Below, in pieces: positions 12,643 to 25,486 of a stretch of DNA of 59,643 nt. The translations under genes were made by a program, and so were the position numbers. This DNA comes from Octopus bimaculoides. Taxonomy: Eukaryota. The notes under the pieces are model-generated. The model had not been told where the DNA came from. It saw nothing but the letters and a program-made list of their open reading frames with translations, and ran no database searches. The stretch's first letter is position 1. Each line of letters starts with the position of its first letter. The stretch covers positions 91,983,880 through 92,043,522 of the forward strand of contig NC_068981.1 of the NCBI RefSeq assembly GCF_001194135.2, given 5' to 3'.

Positions 12643-14505
12643 TAATGGAGGCAGCGTAGTAGTAATTTCTGATTCTGTTCCCAAAAGATTAGATGTTGAA
12701 TTAAGATAACTGATTTGTTGTTGTTAATCATCAAATTAATAAAATTGTGTGCAGCCACCATTTTATTACCATCCATGATATTTATTGCGAGCAAAATACC
12801 AAAATAGTGGAACGAGTGACGACTACGATGCAATCATTAGCACAGTTGTTTGTTGGTCTGTGGATTAAGGTTAGTATTTTATCGTATGGTACACCTTTTT
12901 CCAATTTCCTCATAGTCTGCTATTGAATAAAATACTTATTAGGTTACCCAATCCATTATAAAATTAAAACAAATACAGCCAATACCATTAGCAACACCAC
13001 CACAGCAGTAATATAAAAAAATATAACTTTTCCACTGCAACGAATATTCCACCATTCCCGCCCGCGAAATCTGGCAAAGCAAGATTATATTTACCAGGAA
13101 TACTTGGAGTTGTGAACCTAAGAAACCTTTTATAAATTATTCATAGCAGGACTAACATGCAAAACCAGCTTCCGTGGTTATCAAAACAGTAATTGGGAGC
13201 CCCAATTCACATACACACACACACACACACACTCGCACACAGACACTGACACACGAACACATACACACACACACACACACACACATGCATACATACATAC
13301 ATACATACATACATACATACACACACGCAGCACACAGGCTGGAGCTCACAAGCTAGGCCGAATCTGAGAAATTGAAGTCAAGTATTATTGAAAATGAACT
13401 CATCTGAAACTATCGTCAAGATTGTCCCATCGTCTTCCTTTTCCGGGATGGAAGACATTTCGTTACAAGCAAGATGATGGGACAATCTTCACGACGGACA
13501 TTCCGTCTGGTGGACTCTCTCATCAACTGATTTACGTTTCACATGAAAAGAAGATTGAGCATGGAGAGTAAATTTCTGCCTCATAGAAAATTTGTGGACA
13601 TGTGGATAAGAGTTGCAAGCATGATCCGAGTGAACTATGTGCTTGTAGATTGGAGGACAACTTCGAGAGGATAATATTCTAAGTGGTCTGGGCATCCGAC
13701 ATTTTGTGAAGTTTTCACGATCAACCCTCAGAAATCTCACCTCTATTAGAGAACTATGCTTTGAATATATTTATATTTGTTTCTGTTGTTCTCCATTTTT
13801 TGTTTTTGCAATAACACACCTCAATATCTTTATAAACCCTTACTGGTTAATAAAGAAAAGAAAACATTAAAATTGTCATTACAAGATTTATTTTTGAACT
13901 TTCTTTCATTGAATGACATGCACTTTTTCACTTTATATTAAAACTTACTTAAATATTTTTGTTCGCTGGATTATTATTCCAATAAAATAAGATTGCTTAG
14001 CAAAATAAAGGGAATATAAAGATAAAACAATCTATGGATTAAGTTAATGTACGGAGCTAATGTAACGAATTAATGTAATAAGTGATGAAAAAAAAAAGCC
14101 CAAACAAAAAAGGGTAATATAGCATAGGAATTTACACATATTAAATTTATCACTTTTACATCTGTCAGTCCTATATCGCAGTACATTTCCATGAAGCAAA
14201 TAAGGTTGTGGACATTATTGCCGTCATCACATTACTATTTCACACAATAAATTTTAAAAGGAATTTCAAGATTTAAAATGAACAAACAAATCATCTGTAG
14301 ATTTAGATTTGCATTAACAATCAGTACGCAGTTATAAAGGGCCAACAGCTTATACATACACACATAATACATACATATATACAAATATATTTGATTGTGT
14401 GTGTTTGCATATATATATATTATACCTTACACACACACGGTCACACACATGTGTACGCATATATATGTATATATACATATATACATATCTATATATATAT
14501 ATATA

Positions 14506-14541
<36 letters not shown>

Positions 14542-14961
14542 NNNNNNNNNNNNNNNNNNNNNNNNNNNNNNNNNNNNNNNNNNNNNNNNNNNNNNNNNNN
14601 NNNNNNNNNNNNNNNNNNNNNNNNNNNNNNNNNNNNNNNNNNNNNNNNNNNNNNNNNNNNNNNNNNNNNNNNNNNNNNNNNNNNNNNNNNNNNNNNNNNN
14701 NNNNNNNNNNNNNNNNNNNNNNNNNNNNNNNNNNNNNNNNNNNNNNNNNNNNNNNNNNNNNNNNNNNNNNNNNNNNNNNNNNNNNNNNNNNNNNNNNNNN
14801 NNNNNNNNNNNNNNNNNNNNNNNNNNNNNNNNNNNNNNNNNNNNNNNNNNNNNNNNNNNNNNNNNNNNNNNNNNNNNNNNNNNNNNNNNNNNNNNNNNNN
14901 NNNNNNNNNNNNNNNNNNNNNNNNNNNNNNNNNNNNNNNNNNNNNNNNNNNNNNNNNNNNN

Positions 14962-14992
<31 letters not shown>

Positions 14993-15689
14993 TGTATATA
15001 TAGATATGTATATGTATATATACATATATATACATATATACATATACAGATATGTATATATATATACATATATATGTATATATAGATATGTATATATATA
15101 TATATATACATATATATGCATATATATATGTATGTATATACATATATACATATATATATATACGTACACGTGTGTATGAGCATGTGTGTGTGTATGTGTG
15201 AGCGTGTGTGTGTGTGTGTGCGATTGTGTTTGTGTGTGTAAGGTATATAATGTAAAATCAAAGAGGAGAACCATGCATTAAAATGTAATGAAATCATTTT
15301 CCATTACTGAAAACATGAAAATGTTCAAGTTATAAATAATTTACAGCATTACACAGTTTTTAATCTACAATGAATATTCCATTGAACTGATAAAATGTTA
15401 ACCGGTAAAAAACGCGGCCAATGTCAAAGAGTAAACGTCAAAATTTCTTGTGAGCTGTGAGCAAGCTCTGGCATCAATCACAAATTGTCGTTATTTTCAT
15501 TATCCTTCATTTTTGGTGGGTGGGAGGAAAGAGAATGCATAATTGATACAATTTGCATTTCACTTAAGTGCATCTATTTTTTGATGATGAATACTGAAAA
15601 GTAACGATGAGTTGTAGGCTTAGCTGTTACGTTAGTGTGAATGGAATATATTACCGACTGTTGATGAGAATGAAACCAATACAAGCGGC

Positions 15690-15830
15690 CACCGAGGTAA
15701 GACTTTGCCTTTCAACATTCCGGGGTCGATAAAATAAGTACCAGTCGAACACAGTTATCAATGCAATCGCATTAACCTTTTCTCGAAAATTGCTGGCCTC
15801 CTGCCAAATTTTGAAACCGATATCGTTTCA
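15690..15830 (+). mobile_element. SINE family B, 3' fragment
   Basis: gactttgcctttc...ggggtcgataaaataagtaccagt...gaaaattgctggcc. Confidence 0.7.
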
Positions 15831-18800
15831 CTGACATAATCGACGGGGCAAACCAACGAAAAGGTTTCTATATAATCGTTCATGTAGAAATAGCAGAGGA
15901 ATTCCTTACAAATCACATCTTAGCGTCATAAAGGCTAAGCAGTAAACACAAGCAAATATAATTAATACATATATTCATGAAGAGAAATCCTATTTTCATT
16001 TTGACTAAATGGTATATTCAGAAAATAACTATAACTTGAATGTGTAATCACTTATCAAAATCTTTTTGTCTATCTCGATAATCTATTCGTTTAATTTGGT
16101 ACCTCAAGATTTGAGAAACTTTAATGTACTGGAAGGCTCTGAGAAACTAGAATTGTTTGAAATGATCAACATTATGAGGCTATTAGAAAGTAGTACAGTG
16201 AATGGTGGCCACAAAATGTGTAGCAGTCTATGCTGAGATATAGAAAGGCGGGGATAGATTATACGAGACATGAAAAACATCTTAACACGCCAAAGGAAAT
16301 GTGTGGAATTTACTGAATGACTTGCAATTATATGGCTATAAATGATACTGGATTTTAGACTAAATACTTCAATTTTCACATTTTCTTATGGTTTTAAGAT
16401 ATTGTAAATTATCTATGTCATAAATACATTTTCCTGCATCACTAATTAATAGACATGTTAGTAACCAGAACGGAGTAGTAAGTTAGCAGGTTAGCTCTCT
16501 AATAACTTACTACTCTCTAGAGGTAAGTTAGCAGCTGAGCTCTCTAGTCAAAGGTATCTGTAAAAGAAAAAGCGTGTTTAAATGATATGAACAGCAAGAT
16601 TAGATGATGCGACTTCTTTCCAGTTGATCCGTTTTCTAGCGACAATTCTAAAGCTAGGCTAAAAATTTCGCGTGTTCGAGTGGATTGAGAGAAACACCGC
16701 AACGCACAGCCATGATGTTAATGATACCGGTTAAAATGACTGATGATGATTATATTGATGGGGAGAAGAAGGACATGAAAAGGGTCATGAATAATTATAC
16801 TGAGTCGAAGAGATAACATAGATGGTTCGATGGCTTCACCTTTGTAAAATTCAGAGATTTTTCTTTTGCTATTTTCATTTCCGTTGGACTTGTTTCTGAA
16901 TGCGATCAATATGATCCGGATTTCAAGGATGGTCATGAATAAAAAGTGAATAATATTAGTAATCGCATATTATTTTGTGTAAAAGCGAAGAACATGAATT
17001 CGTAGCAGCATGGATGCATGCATCCGCACGCATATGCAGGCACACGTACGCTCATGCATGCACCCGTACGCATATGCATGTACCCGCACGCACATGCATG
17101 CACATACACATACACAGAGAATCTCACACAAGCATACGCACGCAAATATCCCAGACAAGATTGTAAGCAATACATGAGCCTGTTTCACATGATTTGATTA
17201 GTTAAAACTAACAGTGAATTGTATCTCGAATCATACGCTACGATTTTACGTTCCAGATAACATTCGCTTAACGGTATTCATTCGGTCTTTGATTTACTTT
17301 ACCAGCGTTATATTGAGAAAAACCGTCAACAACGAAGGAAGTATTATAAAGAAAGAAATACTGAGGTGTTGTAATTTGCTTAAGGGATTGCAATCTGTGT
17401 AGGGGATATATGTGTGTATGTTTGTGTGTGTGTGTGTGTGTGTGCGTGTGTGTACACGCGTGCACATGCACACGTACACGTGCACACCTCTGTATGAAGA
17501 GACCTCTGACAATGCTGTGGTGAAGTTAATTAAAATACATAAGGTAATATCAAATGAAAACAAAGAGAAACGATATTGTAGTATTATATAAGGTTATTTA
17601 GTCATCCAATATTATTTCGGGAAAGATTCCCTTTTTCAAATTGAGGAAAGGAAATAATCAATAAAAGAAAACTATGCAAAATAATACAATACCATTTTCT
17701 TGTTTACATTTATTGTCATCATCTTATACATTTTGCTTAACTTTTCACTTGCAAATATTTATTTTCTCAAACATTTACATACATGTTAAATATCATCAGA
17801 TGTAACCAATGACAAAAACCATTTTTTTTTCAAAGAATATTATGTACTTAACAAATATTTTCTTCTATTGTTCTTTAAATATATTATTACTGATACCAAT
17901 ACTTCAATAAATAAATTATTAATTATGAAGTATGAAGTTTTCTCATGTTACAATATTGTATTTTTGTCTTCTGTTCTTACTTCGTCTTCAACGAAGCTTC
18001 AAAAGACTGATTTGAGAAGTTATTTAAACCATATTAAGTACGTCTGTTACACAGTTCCGTGAACACAGACATCATTTGATTAGTAGGATTAACTTATCAG
18101 TTGGCGAAAAGTTGGTTAAATCAATTTTGTAACACTTTACTAGCCAGACTATCGGCTATTTTAGAATATCCCTGATATTATATATATAGAGACATACAAG
18201 TATACATGAATTCATGCATGCATCATGCATACATACATACATACATACATACATACATACATACATACATGGTCGGTTTGGAATTCGTACACAATATATT
18301 CGTTGATTTTTTTTATATTTTTCAAATAGATAAAGACTATATCTATAATAATGCGATGATTTATTGATATTTGAACCAACTGTCATAATGTCTCAATATG
18401 TAACTACAATTAATAGATTTCATATATTTTACAAACTTTCATATCAGCTTGACGGTTTTATTTTCGATAACCATAAAATATTAACATTCATGTCAGAAAA
18501 TCGTTAGTTACCTGGATAAGCATACTCTAGCCGATACAATAATCAATTGAGAATTACTCCTTAAGCATCTGAGAAGTACTGGTGTTCATTGATTTCTCTG
18601 TTAGAAATAGTTATTACAAAGTCAGTGAACGGTGTGGTGATGAGTTCATAGGAAATGGAACCAAATAGATTGTATCATTGAGTTACATTTCTTTAACTTC
18701 TGCAATCAAATTGAGGTATTACTATCATGTTTATTATCTTACATGGATCAATAAAACCAGTATTACACACTCAAGTTATTAGGTAGATGTAAGCAACAAT

Positions 18801-19623
18801 ACTCCAATAATGAATCTCATGATCACGTGTCTATGTTAGCAAAGGTTACTGTTACTACAGGTACTCAAGAAATTAAACCTTACAATTATGTATTATGTCG
18901 AACGTTATAGAAAGAACATGTATAAATACACAAGCTAATTGAAAATTTATTACAATAAAACAGTTTGTCCTCCTAATTTAAAATCTATACAAAAGTTGTT
19001 TCAAAGGTGGTGGACATTATGTTTCACTCTATTTCAATTGATATTATTTTTTTATACTCAGCTCAGAGAACTCGAAAATAAATTGAAAATGCATTTCGTT
19101 AGAAAGAGATTTTTTTTTTTGCCATTGAAAAATAAATTAACTTTTGATGGTTTTCTATGGTTTCTAGTAATAAATTACCATGTTCATGTTTTTCGATGTA
19201 TTTCTCATAAACCAGTGTGTTTTATATTGCATTTCGACCAATGAATTTTGCAGCGACTGCGACTGTGTTTCAGTATTTCTGATGTTATCTTATGCATGCA
19301 AATGTTTGTATATAAGTGTGTTCATGAATATTTGTGCGTACATTGAGATAAATTTCAATGTATGCGCAAATATACGTAGATACACTTATATGAATGTATA
19401 TAACACACATGATTTGTTCATTTTAATAATTTATGAAATTCTCATTTAAATTGCTATTTTATTTTAAAAAATAAATTGAGTGTTATCACAGAATTATTCA
19501 TTTATCAAAGATAGAGCTTAACGTTATATTGCTAATGATCTATATTTGTTTACCAACTATGTTAATGAGAAATATTATTCTATATTCTCATACTTTACTC
19601 AGTATTTTGATCATTGGCTAATT

Positions 19624-19662
<39 letters not shown>

Positions 19663-19980
19663 NNNNNNNNNNNNNNNNNNNNNNNNNNNNNNNNNNNNNN
19701 NNNNNNNNNNNNNNNNNNNNNNNNNNNNNNNNNNNNNNNNNNNNNNNNNNNNNNNNNNNNNNNNNNNNNNNNNNNNNNNNNNNNNNNNNNNNNNNNNNNN
19801 NNNNNNNNNNNNNNNNNNNNNNNNNNNNNNNNNNNNNNNNNNNNNNNNNNNNNNNNNNNNNNNNNNNNNNNNNNNNNNNNNNNNCTCATCGATGAAAATC
19901 CACTATCACATATAGAAAAATTAATAATTCAAAGTACAATAAATGAGTATAATATAAAGTAAAGTAAATATCATAAGATA

Positions 19981-20032
19981 AATATAATATAATATAATAT
20001 AATATAATATAATATAATATAATATAATATAA
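19981..20032. repeat. (AATAT)n pentanucleotide repeat
   Basis: Directly visible. Confidence 0.9.
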
Positions 20033-20224
20033 TTTAATTTTAATTTTTTATAAATTGATTTTAATTGAGTTTTTACCTGTAATTTTGGATTTTGTCCCTA
20101 ATATTATATATATATATATATATAAACTTACTTGGAAATGGATGCGTGGCGTTCAATCATATAATAATATAAATAAAATATATCTATATATGTATATATA
20201 CACACATATATAGTAATATGTGCA

Positions 20225-20249
<25 letters not shown>

Positions 20250-20262
<13 letters not shown>

Positions 20263-20503
20263 TAAATGGGTACAGGATGTCACAAAACGTAAACTCCATG
20301 AAATAAGATAATAACGTGAATTCTGAATAACGAAAACAACACGAAATGTCAGGCAAACTTATGTATGTGAACAATGAGAGAAACAAATGGAAAACAAGAC
20401 AAGTAACTTAAAGAACAACTCTTCATCAGTTGTCGAGCAATTCACGAAAATATGAGGCTTCGAAGAAGAGTTACTCCCGCAAACCAAAGTAAAATTTGGG
20501 ATA
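20250..20503. mobile_element. Unclassified interspersed repeat fragment next to (TA)n
   Basis: Recognised from memory as an abundant octopus repeat; no second copy in the window. Confidence 0.35.
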
Positions 20504-20506
20504 ATA

Positions 20507-20684
20507 CAGTTCTATATTTAAGAGATGAGGAATTATGTACATTATTTACATTATTTACTATTGACGGATATTTGTCCTCATCTTTTTTGTTGTTTACACA
20601 ACGTTTCGGCTGATACACCCTCCAGGCTTCATCAAGTGTCTTTGGGAAAATTTTGAACCTGGGTTCTCATTCCTAAGGTATTTT
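20507..20684 (-). mobile_element. Family H2 tail only (hammerhead-bearing, no tRNA head)
   Basis: Reverse complement of the tails at 24807-24953 and 36101-36282. The HHR at 20596-20640 has TTGATGA (C3 mutated) and a mismatch in stem II. Confidence 0.85.
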
Positions 20685-22240
20685 GTTGTTGTAGCGGCGG
20701 CAGTGAAATTTGATTTGCAACAGTAGGGCTGGGTGGATTCAGGTCAGATAGTGGTGCCAAAAAAGGCGCTTCCAATGTAGTAGCAGTAGCAAGCTGTTGT
20801 TGTTGTGGTAGTGATTGTTAGAGATATCAATTATTGTTTAACCAAGATATACCGTGAAAGACTGAAAATAATGTTCCCACAACTAGCAAAAAACGTATTA
20901 AAGGAGTCGCGACGACAAAAACTTATTAGCTAATGAAAGACAAATTTTCTTCCTTTGATTTTATTTATCTCTGTATTATGTATCACATTTCAAGCCGTAG
21001 GCAGGAATAACTAATTTTGCCACCACTCTCAAAGTACTAACGACTATTTTACATAACAATGAAAAGATACGTAGCAATATTTCATTCATGGCCATTCTCG
21101 AAACCCACACATAGTTGATCGTATTCAGAAAAAAAAAAAAAAACTACAGCTAAACATGAAACTGATAAATTGTAATTCAATACATTCTAATAAATGATTA
21201 ATCAGTTTTTAATTGCCACTTGCAAATGCAAAATATTATACTCTGGCGCACAAATCGTTTTGAACAAAAAGCATTTAGTATAATGCGTGCAGCTAACTAG
21301 CGCAACATAGCAATGAAAAATTACTTCGGACACCTTTAATTTTACATATATTTAGAGATTGATTGGTGCAAATAAATCATAATGCCAAGAGAATTCTTGT
21401 TCATAGTAACAGAGGGAAACTAACAAAAAAAAAAATTAAAAATAACAATGTTTAGAGAATCTAGTTTTTTGTTAGACCTAAAATCTCATGAAGTGCAATG
21501 ATACGATTTATATCTCATATAAGTTTAAACATCATTCTATCCAAGATCTAACTTTGTGTGCCTTCATTACTGATTATAAATTTTGTCTCCAATTTAATCA
21601 GATCAATAGTGATGAATGAATTTGTTTAAACGATATAGTTACCAAGGCAACAAGTCTCTTTCGCAATATTGCACAGAATAAATTGTTTTTCTAATGTTAT
21701 GCTGTGATAAACTATGTTCAGCGATTGTTTCTAATGTTGACAATGCAAGAAAATACTTAGAGGAAAGGAAACCTTAGACTTAACCAGCTGTGTCTTAAAA
21801 TGACATAGAGTATTCGTTATAGCTGTATAGATTTCGGAAAACTTTGATCTATAGTTCTAAGTTCACCCTAGAAATTTTCAGCGTCTATAATCTTTGTTTA
21901 AGCTATTTGTCAATGTTATTTCCAAATTTTCAACTCTTACGTACATCTTCAATAGATATTGTATTCAAACTTGTAAATAGCACTCTAGAAATCAAATAGA
22001 GAACTGCGTTTTCTTACTGATGCATTCAAGAAATTTCAAATATATAAAAAAAACCGTAAAGAAATTTCTTTCGCACTTCTGCTTTGAATCTTCAGATGCC
22101 TCCTCTGAGGACTTATATCTTAACTGTTATTTCTTACCCTCCTTTCACGATTTTTCCCCAACCTTTGGTAGAATCTTTAATGCGTTTACAATCTCAGAAA
22201 ATGGAGTAATTGGAGCAAGAGCACACACGTAAACGAATAA

Positions 22241-22282
22241 AGTCACTGAAGAGGTCACAGATGTGACGAAAGATTTCCGGAC
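22241..22282 (+). ncRNA. Degenerate type I hammerhead-like motif
   Basis: CTGAAGA-G-GTCAC-agat-GTGAC-GAAA-GATTTC: perfect 5-bp stem II and a near-palindromic stem III (one change from GAAAGCTTTC), but only a weak stem I (gtc/gac). Confidence 0.45.
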
Positions 22283-24196
22283 AATGGACATTAATTAAAA
22301 TATAAAAAAAACAGTAGTAAACGAGTGAAGAACAAATATATAGTGCCTGTGTTTATTTGGGGGATCACTTGCATTTGTTTTGTAACTGAATTTAAGTTAG
22401 TTTCCTTATCATAAAGTAGTTAGCTTATAATGATTCGAAAAGGACGTTCACTCATAAAGGAAGTGAGAAACTTGAACTTGTAAATTGAATTCGCAATGGG
22501 TTTAGCTTCGATTCAATGCAGGAATATTTCCAAATAACACTCTTAAGCATGTGCTATCAACGATTTCTATTAAAGGTAAACATCAACAAATATTTCAATG
22601 GTTTCAAACCATTGTTCCAAATCTCTCATTCTTTCCCTAGAATTGCTTAACAGTTGTAATTTATTAGAATATACCAAATACAGTATCTTATTTTGAAAAG
22701 CAAATACTCAAAAGATTCTTTTATAACTTCAGCTGCAGTTATCCAAATGTCTTAGAGTTTATTCATATCCGTACAGGTAGACTCTTTGCAATTTCTTCAC
22801 CAAGTCAAATTTTCCAGTTCAGAAACAGAATAAGAAAATTGTATATCTGAGTTAATATGTATTACTCAGCTTTATTAGCACTTGCTACAAACTGTATATT
22901 TTGGATATATTTTCCTGGGCAGTGAATAACTGTTTTTTTTTTCTATTTTAAAAACTACACCTGCATCAAAACTTACATATCGTATCAATTGTAATTAGAC
23001 ATTCTATTTTGAGTAAGTACTGTTCAACATTATATGGGACAAGTTTTGCATGCATTCTCAGGTTTAAGGCCAACGTTGTTTATTTAGCCCACTTTTCTGT
23101 GTTTTGTCTTCTCTTTAGATAAGCACGTTTCAGATTCAAACTGATTTCAATAGTTTTTCTTTTGCTATGGATTACTCGAAGCAGTATATATATTAAAGAT
23201 GAAAACAGAAACATTTGTTGGTACACTTCACCATTTGTAGCTTAAAAAAGGGAAAAATATCTAAAGCTGTATTTAACCTCCAGAGAAATCATGGAGTGCA
23301 TCATACTTTGTACCACGATGTATTTTGAATTGGCAGAATTTATCATGGCTATAATATTGCTAGGGTGAACACTTTCTAATACCGCAAGTTGAGAAAAATA
23401 CCATATTCCTTTGTACAATTTGTGTTTTAACATTTCTTGGCATCTACACTTCCATCTATGTCACTTAGAGAAATATCTGTTTGCGAAGTACACCTATAAG
23501 TTGGTGTACCGTACACAAGCTCCTCTAGCATATGCAAAGATACAATTGTAATTTTGTTTTTGAGCGTTTTACATGTGCGAAGGTATTCCCGGAAGAATGG
23601 TCTCATGGTTTTATTGCTGTTCAGCATTTTATAACTTTGGTTGCAATATTAACCTGCAGAAAGTCAGTGTTATAAGCCTGAAATAAAATATATGGCGTGG
23701 AAGTCATCCAAAGTGGATTATGTTCACAGTATCGCTAGTGTTAAAACAATCATGTAACTATGAACTATGAGCAATGAAATTTTTAAGCTTTTGTTTATGA
23801 AACATTCAATTTGAACTAAAATGTCAAGCAAGACTCACTGATGCGTTTCTCTGGTATCCACTCTCAAGGTGGTTGCCTTGGTATGTCTTGTACTGATAGT
23901 CATCTCAAAAGTTGATTTCATCGACAAACAAGTAGATCGGTTACGTAAATAAAAAGAATTACGATATATAAATAGCGGGACACCGCCGTGGGTTTTAGAC
24001 GTACGAAAAGCATCCCAGTACTTATTTCTTTAAACCTGGTAGTTATTTTATCATGTCTTTTGCTGAATTGCTAGATTACGGGTTCGTAGTCTTGCTATGA
24101 AGTACCTTGGGGTCAGACATACACAAACACTCACACCCATATACATGCATACATACATACACACATATGTGTATATATATATACATACATACATGC

Positions 24197-24239
<43 letters not shown>

Positions 24240-24403
24240 NNNNNNNNNNNNNNNNNNNNNNNNNNNNNNNNNNNNNNNNNNNNNNNNNNNNNNNNNNNNN
24301 NNNNNNNNNNNNNNNNNNNNNNNNNNNNNNNNNNNNNNNNNNNNNNNNNNNNNNNNNNNNNNNNNNNNNNNNNNNNNNNNNNNNNNNNNNNNNNNNNNAG
24401 AGA

Positions 24404-24448
<45 letters not shown>

Positions 24449-24655
24449 TGTCTGTCTGTCTGTGTGAATCCCTAAAACTCGAGAACTACCCAACCGATTT
24501 CGTTCAAATTTTACATATGCCTTACTTACGGTCCATGCAGTGTCATGGGCTATGCCTAATGCGAGCCCAGAACAATCTGTTATCTCTTACACTATTTCAG
24601 TATTACGTGTCAAAAGTGAAGCAATAACGTATCTCTATTGAAATGTGAGATATGC
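24404..24655 (+). mobile_element. Helitron-like (DINE-1/HINE-type) non-autonomous fragment
   Basis: (TG)n-GTCTGTCTGTCTG followed by aaactcgagaactacccaaccgatttcgttcaaatttt, the motif order typical of such elements; no hairpin or CTAG end is visible. Confidence 0.45.
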
Positions 24656-24659
24656 CCAC

Positions 24660-24732
24660 GGGCATATGGCGTAGTGGTTAAGAGCACGGGCTACTAATCC
24701 CAAGATTCCTAGTTCGATTCCAGGCAGTGACT

Positions 24733-24802
<70 letters not shown>

Positions 24803-24953
24803 CAACATCGAAAAATACCCTAAGCCACCTGATGAAGGCTGGAAGGTATATCAGCCGAAATGTTGTTAACAACAAGCAAGATGAGGACAAATATCCGTAA
24901 TGTAAATAATGTAAGAAATGTACATAATTCCTCATCTCTTAAATATAGAACTG
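24660..24953 (+). mobile_element. Family H2: tRNA head + (AAT)n + hammerhead tail
   Basis: A box TGGCGTAGTGG, B box GTTCGATTCC, (AAT)n, then CTGATGA-A-GGCTG...CAGCC-GAAA-TGTT (24829-24864, stem III mutated, upstream deletion). Confidence 0.85.
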
Positions 24954-25094
24954 AGATATTTTGTTTAATACTTTCACTACTGAAGTGAAACTATTACCTC
25001 ACATATATACATGCATACATACATATTCGTCATAAACACTATACCACTGCTACTAATAAATGTTGGGAACCCTATCAGACCTGCCTTACATTCA

Positions 25095-25486
25095 AACCGG
25101 AATCTCAAAAACATTGTCCCCATAATCTCATTCTCATTTCATTACCACGACAGGCAAATAAAACTTACTTCTCACGACGCGACAATGGAAGATGGTAACA
25201 GACATGAACCAGATGCTACCTTGTCAAGTGAAATATATTGTCATCCACTTCAGCTCTAACCTTCCTAGCTTCCAGAGAGTTCAAGCGACTTCACCCACTA
25301 TAGCACCACTGAACCGCAATCTCAAAAACATTTCCCTCTTACATCCCATTCTAATTTCATTCCCACAACAGGGAAATAAAACCTACTTCTCGCTACGGGA
25401 CAAGGGAAGATGGTAACAGATATTAACAACATGCTGCCTTGTCAGGTGAAATATATTGTCATCCACTTCACATCTAACCTTCCTAG
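25095..25486 (+). repeat. Diverged tandem duplication, period about 217 bp, directly upstream of the LINE RT
   Basis: aacc(g/g)aatctcaaaaacatt...gaagatggtaacaga...gtgaaatatattgtcatccacttca...ctaaccttcctag at 25095-25268 and 25312-25486. Confidence 0.85.

Noticed and set aside
12460-12833. Poly-H/P/S ORFs resembling transcription-factor low-complexity regions
   Set aside because: They arise from (GAT)n(GGT)n, with no domain or convincing splice context.
17259-17395. Candidate exon(s) on either strand (RYIEKNRQQRRKYYKERNTEVL* or a hydrophobic minus-strand frame)
   Set aside because: Splice-like sites exist on both strands, but I recognise no protein family and find no partner exons; unsupported without RNA data.
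20250-20503. Possible hammerhead around minus-strand CTGATGA near 20426
   Set aside because: No GAAA with a closing stem II can be placed in this copy.
24660-24733. Possible tRNA gene (also 35972-36045)
   Set aside because: A and B boxes are present but there is no proper acceptor stem, and the sequence is fused to (AAT)n and a repeat tail, so it is a SINE head.
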